A program made the translations under genes and the position numbers. A DNA stretch of 64,000 nt from Amoebidium appalachense. Taxonomy: Eukaryota; Protista; Ichthyosporea. The number at the start of each line of letters is the position of its first letter. The stretch's first letter is position 1. A model generated the notes under the pieces. That model was not told where the DNA came from, did not search any database, and was given only the letters and a program-made list of their open reading frames with translations. This document shows, piece after piece, positions 45,856 through 58,000 of the stretch. The DNA lies in the NCBI GenBank assembly GCA_963693365.1, contig CAVNZM010000004.1, positions 1,981,449 through 2,045,448 of the forward strand. Reading direction: 5' to 3'.

Positions 45856-46748
45856 ATCTTATCCCTGCACGGTTTGTTTTCGTTTTTGTGTTGTTATTTT
45901 GTGGGTTTTCGATATCTTGGCTTCCGTGGCTCCCTCCGTCCCTTCCTCGTTCCTTCCCTCCCTCCCTCTCTTCCTTTTCCCCCTAGCTCTTTGTCCTCTC
46001 TTGCTCTCCTTGTCTGCCCGTGCTCGTGTGCATCCAACATGAGTGCTTTTGGGCTGTGATATATGCCATTGCCTTGTGTGTGTTGACTTATTAGTGAATG
46101 GCTGTGATAGGTGTATAGGCAGCCAAGTGGTGCTGATGTTGTATGTGATGGCAAGTGCATGTGCATGATGATGCGCTGTCGTGTGAATGCAAGGTGGTGG
46201 TGGGTGGCATTGTGGCGTGTGTGTATTTTTTTTTTTTTGCATGCCTGTGGTAGTCCTTTTTACGTGTGTTTGGGTGTGTGTTGGTGTGTGTGTTTGTGTG
46301 TGGTCACAGGGGGAGGGGAGGGGAGGTGGGAGGGGGGGGGGGGGGGGGGTTTGCTATAAAGGTCTGGACTTTTTTTTCTTCCTTTTTTTGTAACAAAGCC
46401 CTCTTAAATGGTGCAAGAAATACATGGGCAAATGGAGTCAACGGACCAATATTAACGCCCTTTCCGTCGCAGACCTCCGTGATCCTGTTTCTCAACAAGA
46501 CGGATGTTTTCCGCGACCGCATAAAACGGTCACCGCTTACGGTGTGTTTTCCGGAATACAAGGGGGGATCAAGCACACAGAAAGGGATGGAGTATGTGCG
46601 TGGCAAGTTTGAAAAGCTCTCCAAGGGTCGAAAGACGATCTACTCGCACTTTACGTGCGCCACAGACACAGAGAACATACGGTTTGTGTTTGAGGTGGTG
46701 ACGGATATCATTATACAGGATCAGTTGAGGTACTATCGTTTGGTATGA
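41826..46748 (+). CDS. Heterotrimeric G-protein alpha subunit (Gi/o-like core); 4 exons
   Basis: Exons 41826-~42088, ~43065-43380, 45219-45411 and 46473-46748. Motifs: [58 protein letters not shown]; the protein ends LRYYRLV*. Confidence 0.96.
45460..45600 (+). repeat. Representative copy of a dispersed ~110-160 bp intronic repeat family that ends in poly(C)
   Basis: gggcccccctgaggatgggctctgcttattatgcatact...gcattctgcatcgtgttatccgttt...tacttcgtactttatgacgcatttaaa followed by (C)n. Homologous copies lie at ~1470-1580(-), 16646-16752(-), 17241(-), 17694(-), 32972-33090(+), 33558-33660(+), 38103-38225(-) and 47877-47995(+), plus partial copies. Confidence 0.85.
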
Positions 46749-47265
46749 ATTCATGAAGCTTTTTTTCCCTTTTTTAACTTCCTTTCCTTCTTTTGTCTGC
46801 CTGTTGGTGGCGATGGTGCGTAGATGTTTGTGTGGTGGTGGTGGTGGAGGGGGGAGGAGGAGGAGGAAGGGGGTGGGGGGATTTATCAGTGATGGTATGT
46901 GATGATGGTCTTTGATTTTTTGCTTGGGGAAGGAACAGGGAGGGGGAATGGGTGGGGGTGGGGGTTTTTTTTTTTGGGGGGGGGGGGGGTTTACACTCCT
47001 TAGACCTGCTTATTCCCTCAAACCCCCCCCCCCCCCCCCCCCCCCCCCTCCTCCTGCTTTTTTTTTTTTTTTTTTTTTGAGCAGCAGATTTTTAGTGCTC
47101 GAATGTGGCTTGTAGTTTGGAAAGATGGAGAGATCGTTTTTTGACGTCATTTTGCTACGTGTCTGTGAATGTTTATAGAGGTTGTGCTAACGTACGTTCG
47201 GCACGAAGCTGTGCCACTGCACGAACATGCACCAAGACTACATGCATACACGCACGTTCACACAT

Positions 47266-47348
<83 letters not shown>

Positions 47349-47352
47349 CCCA

Positions 47353-47396
<44 letters not shown>

Positions 47397-47999
47397 CACA
47401 CACACGCACACACACACGCGCGCGCTCGCGCGCACACACACCAGCATGCACATGCGCGCCCACACACCAGCATACACATGCGCACAATATGTGCACGCAA
47501 CATCTCACCCGTATGTGCACACAATTAACATGCTTAGGCGAATATGGACAAACGATTTGGTGATTCCCAAACTCAAGGGATTTGTGGTATTTGTATTGCG
47601 AATCTTTGCACATGGCTGAACTTTCAGGCCTACATGGAATTGTACACGAGAATATCTGTGAAATTTGGAACTAACTTGCGGGAAGAGACTAGGGAAACCT
47701 TGCTATTCCAAACTGTTACACAACACATCACAGGTCGAACGTATTTTTGCGAACGTTATATGAAATTTGGGGCAGATAGTTTTGTAAAACTGTATAACCG
47801 GCACACTGTTCTAGTTTGTACTTTAATAAAATCACGTGCTACCTTGCGGATATACGGCGTCTGTGTTCAACAAGTACCCTGATAATGGGTTCTATGTTAT
47901 CATTCATACTCCTGTGTGTGCGGAATGCACTACTCCTTCACTGTTTCCATCGTAAATGTGTACTTCGTACTCCAAGATCATGACACGTTTTCTTAGACC

Positions 48000-48040
<41 letters not shown>

Positions 48041-48090
48041 AAAAAAAAAAAGTTGGGGTTTTATTTATTATGTATAGTGTGTGGCGTGTA

Positions 48091-48143
<53 letters not shown>

Positions 48144-48554
48144 AAAAAAAAAGTTGTGTTTTTATTATGCATAGTGAGTGGTGGGTATGCGCGCGCACGT
48201 GCTTGTGTGTGTGTTTGTGTGTGCGTCGTGTGCATGTGTGTGTGTGTGTGGGTGGGTGGGTGGGTGTGCGCGCAGTGTGTGTGTGCGCGCGCGTGCCATG
48301 GTACCGACCGAGTCTGAACGTGGGTCTGTGTGCGAACCTACGGGGACACGTGCACGTACATGGTTGTATTCACGTTCTCTAACGCTGAAAAAAAAAAACA
48401 CAGTTTGTGTATGGCTCAAACCGCATGATGTTTGTGTATTTGTATTGGTACACTTGCATGACACCTGCTTGTGGCCCAGGGGGATTGGTTCGGGGCCGGA
48501 TTCGAAGGCGGGAGGTGGCCCCCGGGGAAAGGGGGATGTGAGAAGGCCCCGGGG

Positions 48555-48594
<40 letters not shown>

Positions 48595-48699
48595 GAAGGT
48601 GTTACATATTACGAAGTACGTATACACGGATTCATCGCCATGGGCAGGGGGGAAGGTCCAAGAGGGGGGGGGGGGGGGGGGGGGGAGGGGTTAGAACGT

Positions 48700-49107
48700 G
48701 GGATCATTGCACTTTAAAATTTATTGGCCGCTCCCTCCGGCCAATCCAGAAACACATGTGCCCCATATGCATGATATATGTACATCATAATACAGAGGAG
48801 GGACACCCCTTGTTAATGGTACCTACTACACGGCCACGGCCGCTAAAGCCACAGACCTTTTACATATTACGAAGTACATATACACTACGGGTTCATTGCC
48901 ATGGGGAGGGAGCGGGGGGAGGAGGGGGGGGCAAAAACTGTTCGGGTCATTATGCATCGACACAAACAAAGCTTCGCGGGCATGGTCTTTATTTGGCCGC
49001 TGATGTACAAAGGGGCGCCCTTACCGCAGACACAATAATGTCATAATAGTATGCAAAAGAAAACATGTCGACGTCATTGGTGATGCTGGTTTTTTTTTTT
49101 TTTTTTT

Positions 49108-49138
<31 letters not shown>

Positions 49139-49246
49139 GGGGAATGGAAAAGCATAGTCCACAAAATTGAGAAAGAACAGGGCCCATGGTGTTTCGATGT
49201 AGAAGAAGAGGAGGGGTGTAATTCTCTGAGACTCCGTGCGTGTGAT

Positions 49247-49288
<42 letters not shown>

Positions 49289-49766
49289 ATGTGCACGTGT
49301 GCGTATGTGTGTGTGTGTGTGTTACAGGCCCCGGGGGGGGGGGGGGGGGGGGAAGAGAGATGAATGACGTTGAGGTTAGTAGCTCAGCCTGAGGGCAACA
49401 TGTGCGTGTTGTACTATGGTGTGGTACACAGTACAAGTTAAAAGTCACCATGCCCAGGAACACCTAATGCACACACACAAAAGTGTGGAACCTACGTAGA
49501 GCCTCTTCTCAAACCAAGCCAATACTTATTGTTGGGGGGAGGGGGGGGGGGGAGGGAGGGGGGAAAGGGAAAGGGGGGAAGGGGGGGTAGGAGGGGAGGA
49601 GGGGGGGGGGGGGGGGGGGGGGAGCTTAAGAGAGTGGCAGGACAACCAACAGCAGGAGGGCACTAGGAAATACAACGATCAAGAACAGATTGGTAGGTAA
49701 TTGGTGGTGGTGGTATGTGTGTACGGGCGTGTGTGGGCGCATCCGCGTTCTCTCTCTCTCTCTCCC

Positions 49767-49817
<51 letters not shown>

Positions 49818-51088
49818 ATGTGTGTGTGTTGGATGGGTGGGAGGGAGTCTTGGGGGGGATGGGGGGGGGGGGGGGGGGGGGGGAGAATTGGGGGCTGGGA
49901 TAGGGGCCTTATCGGGCCAAAAGAGGCAAAGGTGAATGGCCGGCAGATTAAAAATAGCAGGTGTGTTTTGGGGTGTTGGTGGGAAGGGAAGGGACCGGCG
50001 GCGGAGGGGGACAGTGTGTGTGGGGGGGGGGGGAGGGAGGGGGGGGGGGGGGGGGGGGGGGGAAGGAGGGAAGGGAAGAGGGAGCTAAGGAGAGAAGGAA
50101 GGAACGGAGAACAGACGGAAAGAGGGGGGAAGGGGGGGGGGGGGGGGGGGGGGGAGACAAAGTAGGGAGGTAGAAGGGAAATATGGAGGGAGGAGGGAGG
50201 GATGAACGGATGGACAAAGGGAGGGGAGGGAGGGAGGGGTGAGCGAGGGAGGAAGGCAGGGAGAGGGAGAGGGAGAGGGAGAGGGGAAGGGAGGGGAGGG
50301 CGAGAGGGAGAAGGGAGAGGAGATCAGTGGACGAGAAAGATAGGTAGAGAAAGAGAGAGGGATGGAGAGCTGGAGAGGGGGAAGGGGCGTGGGGGGAAAG
50401 AGAGAGAGTGTGTGTGCGTGTGTGAGGAAGGCAGAGAGCACGGAGGGAGAGAGGGGGTTGTGGGGAAGGGAGGGATAGAGGGATCAAGAGGGGGAAGAGA
50501 GGAGGGAGAAGGGGCGGAGCGAGAGAGAGAAAAAAGAGAGAAGGGGGAGGGTAAGAGGGAAAGCGAGGGAGGGTGAGCGAGAGGGGGGAGGGGGGGAGAG
50601 GGAGGGAGGGAGGGAGGGAGGGAGGGAGGGAGGGAGGGCCGGCGGGCGGGGAGGGAGGGAGGGGGAGAGGGGGGGGGAGGGAGGGGGGGGGGAAGGGGGG
50701 GGGGGAAGGGGGATAAAGAGAATGCGAGAGAGGAGGGAGGCAGCTCTGGGGACTCGAGGAAGGGGGGGGGGGGGGGGGGACGGAGTTGGGAAGGGGGTCA
50801 AGGAGGCAGGGAGGGAGGGAGGGAGAATGGGAGGGAGAGATGGGGGGGGAAGGGGGTTAGAGTGGGTGAGTGAGTGTGAATGAGTGCGATTGAAAGAGAG
50901 AGAGAGAGAGAGAGGGTGGCAGATGTGAAGCTTTGCGAAAAAAAGAAGGGGAGAGAACGGGTGCGTATAGATGAGTGCATACTTGGTGAACGTTTCTCCG
51001 GCCCACAGGAACAGCCAGAAAAACCAGGTCTTTGTGCCTTGCACGGCCGTAGTGCAGGTTTTTTAGCGGGAAGTGCATGACTCACCAT
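48700..51088 (-). other. Possible small spliced gene of unknown function; exon structure unresolved
   Basis: ATG|GTGAGT at 51088. A short hydrophobic exon-like piece (GTKTWFFWLFLWAGETFT) is followed by a GTATGC donor near 50980. Host-type G-rich intron-like DNA lies downstream, and a CCAAT box upstream (~51389). No recognisable domain. Confidence 0.25.
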
Positions 51089-51469
51089 ATCTTTGTCGTT
51101 TTCTGCCCCTTTTTTAGCAGCAGCTGAAAAAGTTCACAGAAGTCCACTTTGTCCACTGTGAGACCGTGTTCCAGACATGGTGCTATGAATAAACCAACAT
51201 GATTTCTTTATGCAACAATGAAAGCAAAATACTGAGCCCTAACTACACATGCAATACGGTATAAGGTTGAGAAAATAGACGTATCAGCATAAGAGCCGTT
51301 CATTGCTCGCGTTTTTCTTTCCTGGACTCGGGAGATTTTCTTCTTTTTTGCCAGGTGCCCTCGGCCCCGGGCATTTGATCTGACTCAACCAATATTTAAA
51401 AAGCCGGCGCGTAGGCTATTCGCTGGTACAGATATATATGAGCCATATATGGTTATCACGCTTCAAATG

Positions 51470-52325
51470 CAGGGTTGGGCTGGGGTTCGCCAGCTTAACC
51501 GTATCGCCCTTTGGCCAATCGTAACGGACAATTTCTTAATCGTAACGGGTCGGGTGGGCTCTTTTTTTCTTTTGACTGGATTTATTCGACGGAAAGATAT
51601 GCAAGTATGCACGGCATACTGAGAAGACAATAAAAACTTCACGAGTTATCCAGTAACAAGTGCATACTGAGATACCTGAACACTGTGAGAAAATCATATA
51701 AATACTCAATGTGACGACCAACAGAATTCAACAAAAAGTCTAAAGTGTTCACATTGCCAGCTAGTGTAGCAGACACCCGTAGGGAAAGAGGTAAAACGCG
51801 ACATAAAAACTCACACCTATCGTTACATGCTTACGATTAAAAAGTTCAGCACAAAAGTGGCACCAGCGGCGATGAAAACAAGAATTACAGCGCCACTGCA
51901 CAACTTCCCAGGCAATATCAACATCAGAGCACCATACAGACGTATCTACTAGGGTGGTATCCATACGTACAGCAGGAGAAATGTATCCTGCCAAAGCTCC
52001 CAGGTGGGCTCTTGGGGAGCTACAAGCCCCGCCTAAAACGCCCTTCCAGTCGCAAAACTCAAAATACGTGTTTTTACAAATGAGTACCGCAAGATTACAA
52101 TCCCTGGAAACTTATCGGGGCTCGATATTGCACATGAGAAGCGCTGTAGATATGTTCTTGGGGGGGAATGTGCTGTTCTTGAACAGAAATATTGAAAAAT
52201 AGGAAAATTTACATATTCGAGCGCTTATAATGCTACACACCTGATACTAAAGCTGTTACGACGGTACCCTGGGTCTCTCGTTAATCGTGATTACGACGAT
52301 TTTTTTTTTCGTAATCCCTACCCTG
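51470..52325. mobile_element. Non-autonomous hAT-like DNA transposon (856 bp) with an 8-bp target-site duplication
   Basis: The TSD TTCAAATG occurs at 51462-51469 and 52326-52333. The termini CAGGGTTGGG / CCCTACCCTG form a 9/10 inverted match. Subterminal (A)TCGTAAC / TTACGA motifs cluster near both ends. No transposase ORF. Confidence 0.88.
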
Positions 52326-53271
52326 TTCAAATGCTACCCAAGGCTTAACGGATTCTGGATTCGCCAAAGATCATCACTGGGCTTCGCATTTCTGTTCTGA
52401 CAAGTGATTGGCTTTTCAAAAAATGATCAGATGCAATAGATCTAGATGGTGCAAGCTACTAGTAGTACTACCGAGCAAGCTTGCGGCTGCTTGCGTTGGT
52501 GTTCTGTTCGTATTCCATAACCACCGTAACCGTGTATTAATATCAAATCCCCTCGCGTGCGGGGATGGATCTTTTCTTTATTCTCTAATCTTTATCTTTA
52601 TTCTCTATAAGCCTACATATAAGCAATCTGTACGCCATCGTTGTTCATGGTTCTAACACTTGCACCATCATAGTCATTCCTCCTTTTTCCACGATGACCT
52701 GGTTCGAGTTGTGTGATATCCATGGCCTAGTGTTATGCTCGCTGCACATAAGGCACCTTGTTATTGAACATGTATTGTTATGCTGCTTTAACCAGCAGAA
52801 GCTTTTTTTGAAATTGAAGCCTGTGAGGAGTATTCAGGGTAATAATAGCAACGTCAGCAAACCCACTGCGGCGTACATGTTTTTCGATGATAACCGTAGA
52901 TGGATTAAAAAGTTTAATAGGCGTGTCTCTATGGCTGGAACACAGGCTGAGGTTACAGTTACGTATCCATTGACCAGTATTCTTCGTGATTATCCAGAAT
53001 TGCGTGCAGTAGTGCTAGTGTCGCACCACGCCCACAACCGTCGTGCCCACCCCGGCCGCCGCCACGGCCACCTCGGAAGCCGAAGCCCCCTCAGCCAGAG
53101 AGCTGGCCGACGGCCTGGGAGAGCTCAGCAACCTGCTTAACCAACGCAGTGAGTGCAGCTGGCTGTTCACCCTCCTTTTCTTCTTCCTTTTCTCCTTTCT
53201 TTCCACTTTCTTTCTTCTTCTTATCCACCTCCCACAGCGGAAAAAAGATGCGAATCTGTGTCCCAATTAAA

Positions 53272-53450
53272 CCCTGATCACCATATGAGAATCGGGGCAA
53301 AATCGGGAAACCCGATTCGTGATTTAGCGACGTGATCGGGATGAAATTAGCCTGATTACACCCCGATTTTTTGATACCGATCACACCCTGATTCGCAAAA
53401 AAAAACCCGATCACGCCCGTGACCGGGACACCCCGATTCCTTCCCGACCT
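53272..53450. repeat. Cluster of ~12 CCCGAT/ATCGGG-like motifs in both orientations (resembles a transposon subterminal array)
   Basis: Motifs at about 53272, 53291, 53302, 53311, 53335, 53351, 53362, 53376, 53387, 53406, 53432 and 53443. Confidence 0.7.
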
Positions 53451-53464
53451 TTTTTACCTACTTC

Positions 53465-54922
53465 CTGCCCTTTCGATACTGGAACTTAACCCAAAGTTAA
53501 ATACAAAAGAAGACAACCGCAAGAAGTCTTCAAGTTCAGGACTTGCCTGGTATCAATCGGCCGTTTAGTTACGTGCACTTATCACCTGCGAAGAAGGGAG
53601 GTTCTGTGTTTGAAATTCACTCGGAGGACAACGGGGTGCCGTCTTGTTCACTACATGTTGCTGGCTACCCAAAATTCTGGTTTTGTTACCCACCCTCGGT
53701 GTATCGAACGATCGTAGCCAAACTGCAGGAAGACTTAGGTGTTGAGTGCAAAAACCCCATACAACACAAGACGTTCATTCCTACCGCCGAAGCAATCATG
53801 GAATGGGTGAAGGAGGGTCTGGTCCCTGAGGTGCTGGTGCAGTACCCTGGTGACCTTGTCATGACCACGCCGTTTGCGCTTCACTTTGGGTTCCAGTTGG
53901 GCCCAAACTTTGCACAGGCTGTCAACATTCTCTCTGAGGGTTGGCTAGCAGCAACACCCCTAGAATTGCGCTGCCGCTGCCGCTCATACTGGGACCCTAA
54001 CCCCACACTTTTAGTGAGAGCCTACCAGTCTTTGTCTTGGCCCTTGCTGCCAGGTCTTGTCTTTTTTGCCCCCCCCCCCCCCCCCCCCCCCCCCCCACCA
54101 CCACCACCCACCACACACACACACGCACACACACACACAACCACAGAAACACACACACGGTCCAAACACGTAGTACCATTGTACACAAACCAACTGCACC
54201 TCATTTTCAATGTGTTCCTCGACGTTGACGGTGCACGTGAATATCGAAAAAACATGCGTAACTTTGCTTATATACATTTGTTATGCTTTATGCAATTGTC
54301 GTAGGCTAGCAGAATGACGTACATAATGGCAATACCATCGTGATATCGTTACAGTATTGGTGTTGTACTTAGCATGTATTGAGAATAAGTTGGTAATGAC
54401 CTCGTAATACTCTTGTGACTTCGGTCGGGATGTTGAGTGCCCAACCATTCCTACACAGATAAATCCGGCAGCAAGGACAGCTCCAGCAGCAAGGACAGCT
54501 CCAAGCAACCCATTCCGTCGACCCCCGCCCCCGTCTCGGCCCCGATGAACTACTCCAAACTGGACATCGCGTTTGCTGCCCTCCTGCGCGCGCAAGTGCC
54601 GGAGTTGACTGAGCGTGATGCTCTGGACATTGCTTTTGGCACGGAGACACCATCGAAAAGGGTAGGCATCGCGAATTTCGCTACGACGGGTGTCCTCAAG
54701 CGGGCCGCTCCCTCCCAGGACGACGACCCCCCCAAGAAGCCCAAGGTCAAGAAGATGAAGATGTCTGATGTGTCCTCCAATGAGGCTACTGCGGATGATG
54801 AGTTGATGCTGAACACCACTGTGGTAATGCATCCCCGGCCCCCCATCCTCCCCATCCAGCCCCCTCCCCCCCCCCCCCCCCCCCTCCCCTGCCCCCCTCC
54901 CAATGACACCGCCAAACCTTGA
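53465..54922 (+). pseudogene. KDM4 (JMJD2)-like JmjC histone demethylase gene; in-frame TAA upstream of the catalytic core, 5' end unresolved
   Basis: One frame reads YWNLTQS*(53498-53500)...LPGINRPFSY...FEIHSED...GYPKFW...ECKNPIQHK...QYPGDLVMTTPFALHFGFQLGPNFAQAVN...W...CRC. This holds the Fe triad H-x-E...H, the 2-OG Lys and the KDM4-type C-x5-H...CxC zinc site. A phase-consistent intron at 54054-54458 (CAG|GT...CAG) joins a low-complexity, Lys-rich last exon ending at 54922. Confidence 0.85.
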
Positions 54923-54990
54923 AGACATCGTCCCCCCCCCCCCCCCCCCCCCCCCCTCCCAATGACACGGCCAAACCTTGAAGACAACGT
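54860..54990. repeat. ~59-bp tandem duplication across the JmjC stop codon
   Basis: (C)n-tcccaatgacac(c/g)gccaaaccttgaagaca occurs twice. Confidence 0.8.
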
Positions 54991-55082
54991 TTGAAGTAAT
55001 TAAGAATGTTCAACCGCACTTGTGTATCAAATCCAAACCCCTAAAAACCCTATTCTATGGTTCACGTCAGTTAACGAATCAA

Positions 55083-58000
55083 TTAGTCATGTGCATCATC
55101 CGATATGGGTGGTGGGGGTACACTACCACTGCCACCAGCCTCTACATCCGAGTCATCCTCTATAAATGCGCTACCAACGCCTATGAATGCTGTATTTGGT
55201 GAGTTGCCATTTTTGGGCATATTCTCGTTAACAGTAATTTTAACGCTAGGCTGTGCGTTTGTGTAAGTAAATACACATGTATCTCCGGCGGTTGCATAAG
55301 TATAAGAGATAATGCTGTCGTTGCTTGCATTTATATTGATATCATCCTCTCCACTACTTAAATCCATAGCTACCCCTGAATCGAAAGAGGTGTCATCCTG
55401 CCCTGGAGGGGGTGGGGGTGGGGGGGGTGGGGGGGGAGGGGGGAATGCGACAAAAGACAATAATTGTGGGGCACAGTGCAACCACGAATCTTCCTTTTAC
55501 ACGCGTCACAAGAAGCAGGTTTGTGATAACACGTACACATAAAGGCTAGAGGGCAGTATTCAATAATCTCAGATGACTCTAAAATTGTGTCTGGTGCTAA
55601 CTCTTGCGGGTGTGGCGTAGGTGCTGTCAGGTCCAGCTGCTCGTTGAGTAACAGAGCTGTCTCAGGGGACAACGGCAGGGGGCGCGCATGTCCCTGTGGG
55701 GCACCACCGGAGGTAAGTCCAAATGTTTCGGGGAAAATCTTGCCTACTAAGCCCTTAGTGAGTGTGTGCAGTGTTTCGTTTTCCATGTCAAGCAAGTCTA
55801 CAGTTGCCACTACATAATCCCGTGGTAGTATGGATGTGTTTGAGTAGTTAACAATGGGGATGGATACGGGGTGTGTGGTGGCATATGTGACTATGGGGCA
55901 TACCATGCTTCTGTGTGTGTTATTTAAATCTTTTGTGGTAATAAATGTAGCAGCGAAGGGGCCGGGAGGAGGGGGGGGGTGTATGGTGACATCAATTGTG
56001 TTAAGTCCGGGAGAGAGGTGTTGTTGGTGCGAGCATCTAGCAACAAAAGTTGTGGTAGGGGATGACTGACTAAAGGAAGGGGGGGATGCAGGGGGGGGTG
56101 GGGGTGTGTACCTGTGGCAGCGTCATCGCAGATATCAGCGGCTGCGTAGGCAACCAGCGGTACGGGAGGGGTATTCACGGCATACTCCACCATGGGCTCC
56201 ATCTTGATGCGCTTGTTCACCGTAGGTGAGTTAGCGGGGCTGCGCATGCGGGGAGTGGAGATAGGAGAGTAGCTGGGGGTGGCTACTGTGGGCCCCGTGG
56301 GTGGGCTCCAGTAGGGGTCCATGTGGGTGTGGTACTTGGGGTTGTAGGAGCCAAAGAGAATGTGGTCCTCTAAGAAACCCATGGGGTTTTGGCAGTGCTT
56401 CTTGATCATAGTGCGGGTTTCTGTGTGTGTGGAATGTGTGGTGTGGGTGGGGGGGGAGGGGGGGGGAGGGTGGGAGTGGTGTGTGTGAGTAGGGATTTCA
56501 GTTGTTCTACCATCAGGGAGAGATAGAGTAAGGGAGTGCCAAGTATACGTGACTGTGCACACTGCTGCTAGAGCTGCCCAAAAACTATTCCCTAGGAGCA
56601 CAGGTGTCTGTACGGGGTTTGGGGTGTGTTGTGTGTGTCTGTAATACGAAAGGGGTAGTTAACAGAAACACGTAAACCATCTTTCCCAATTAAACAAATC
56701 TCTACCATGCCCTGGCTGTGTACGTTTACTGACTGATTTCCTATCCCATAGATAGCTACGGGGGGGATCTTGCTATATTTCACACCAAAGTGATCTGCCT
56801 GCGCTCGAGACATAATAGCCGGACCAGCACCTGTGTCCATACACGCATATGTGGGAATGCCATTTATTTCACAATCGAGCATAGTGGCAGACGTACGAAT
56901 ATAGGGTACAGATGCCTTACCTTCCGATAATTCGAAGGGAATCAGATGGCCGTCACTCTTGTTGAACAGACCATCCTCGTAAATCATGGCAACATATTCC
57001 CAATACTTGAAGACAGTGGTCTGGGGCTTGCCGTATAGCACTCTGTGCACATGAGACATCACGTGATCGATGCAAGTGTCGGGATCAAGGTGGCCGAGCT
57101 TAAGATGGCGGCGGATAAGGTTGATCATGAACATGTTGTGTTCCTTGAGAAGAGTGTCGAACCACATGTGCTGGAAGGTGATCATTGCAGCGTGGTGGGG
57201 ATCCTCTGGGTCGTTGCGGAAGTTATCCCTAGCAAACACCGTTTGGGCAATCATGTTTTCAAGAAAGTTCATGTCGCCGGGGGCAAGTGCGTGTGTGAGC
57301 TCGCTGCAGCACCAAGCGCCGGTGGTTTCGGGACTGTACGCCTCCTCAGTTTGCATGGGTGAAGGGCTCACCGTGCGGTCGGGCGTATCGGCGAGGCATG
57401 CGGTGTCGTTGTCGGCATCGGATTCGGATAACAGGGGGGGCATATCGGGATCGGTGTCCTCTCCGTCGTGTGTTGCGTTGCTGTCCGGGCTGTTAATAGT
57501 AATGATAATTTTGGCTGCAGCGGCGGAGTAAATCTTGTGGCTCGCATCATCATCGGAATCCTCTTCGTCACTTGAATCGAAAATTCGGCGCATGCGCGGG
57601 GGGGTCGCACCTAAATTTTCGTCGCGCACAAAATACGCCATGTCGTCGAAATCAGGTTCGACAGTCATCACCAGGTTAGCTTGGTCACGTGCATGAGTGG
57701 TACGCGGGTGCGGGGTGGGCGGGCGGGCATTGTTAACCTGCACGTGGATGGCGGGATTGGCGGTGTTGGTGTTGTTGTTGGCGGGGTTGGAGGTGACACT
57801 GGTGTTGTTGAGCTGCCCATTGTTGGCGAAATATTCGCGGGTGAGGGTGCAGTCAACTGTGTTATGAGAACGTGAGTTGGGGTGGAATACACAGTGTTTT
57901 CGGTTGCGGAAGCGGGGATCATTATTGTGATTGCGGCGGCGGTATGCGTTATACGCGTTTGTGCGGGGGCGGGTGTGTGGTGAGAAGGGGCGGTTGGCGG

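Noticed and set aside
52334-52700. Possible 3' LTR or PPT of the Gypsy-like element (AGGGGATT-TGATAT on the minus strand near 52545)
   Set aside because: By eye there is no extended similarity to 58958-60070.
52589-53014. Open frame containing 'TIIVIPP', resembling the end of a JmjN domain
   Set aside because: The match is too short and the upstream PxFxPTxEEF motif is absent from that frame. It cannot be called without an HMM search.
56605-56630. CCCAAAC as a programmed -1 frameshift site in the Gypsy ORF
   Set aside because: The heptamer is out of register with the incoming frame and lies inside the protease domain. A single-C indel is the simpler explanation.
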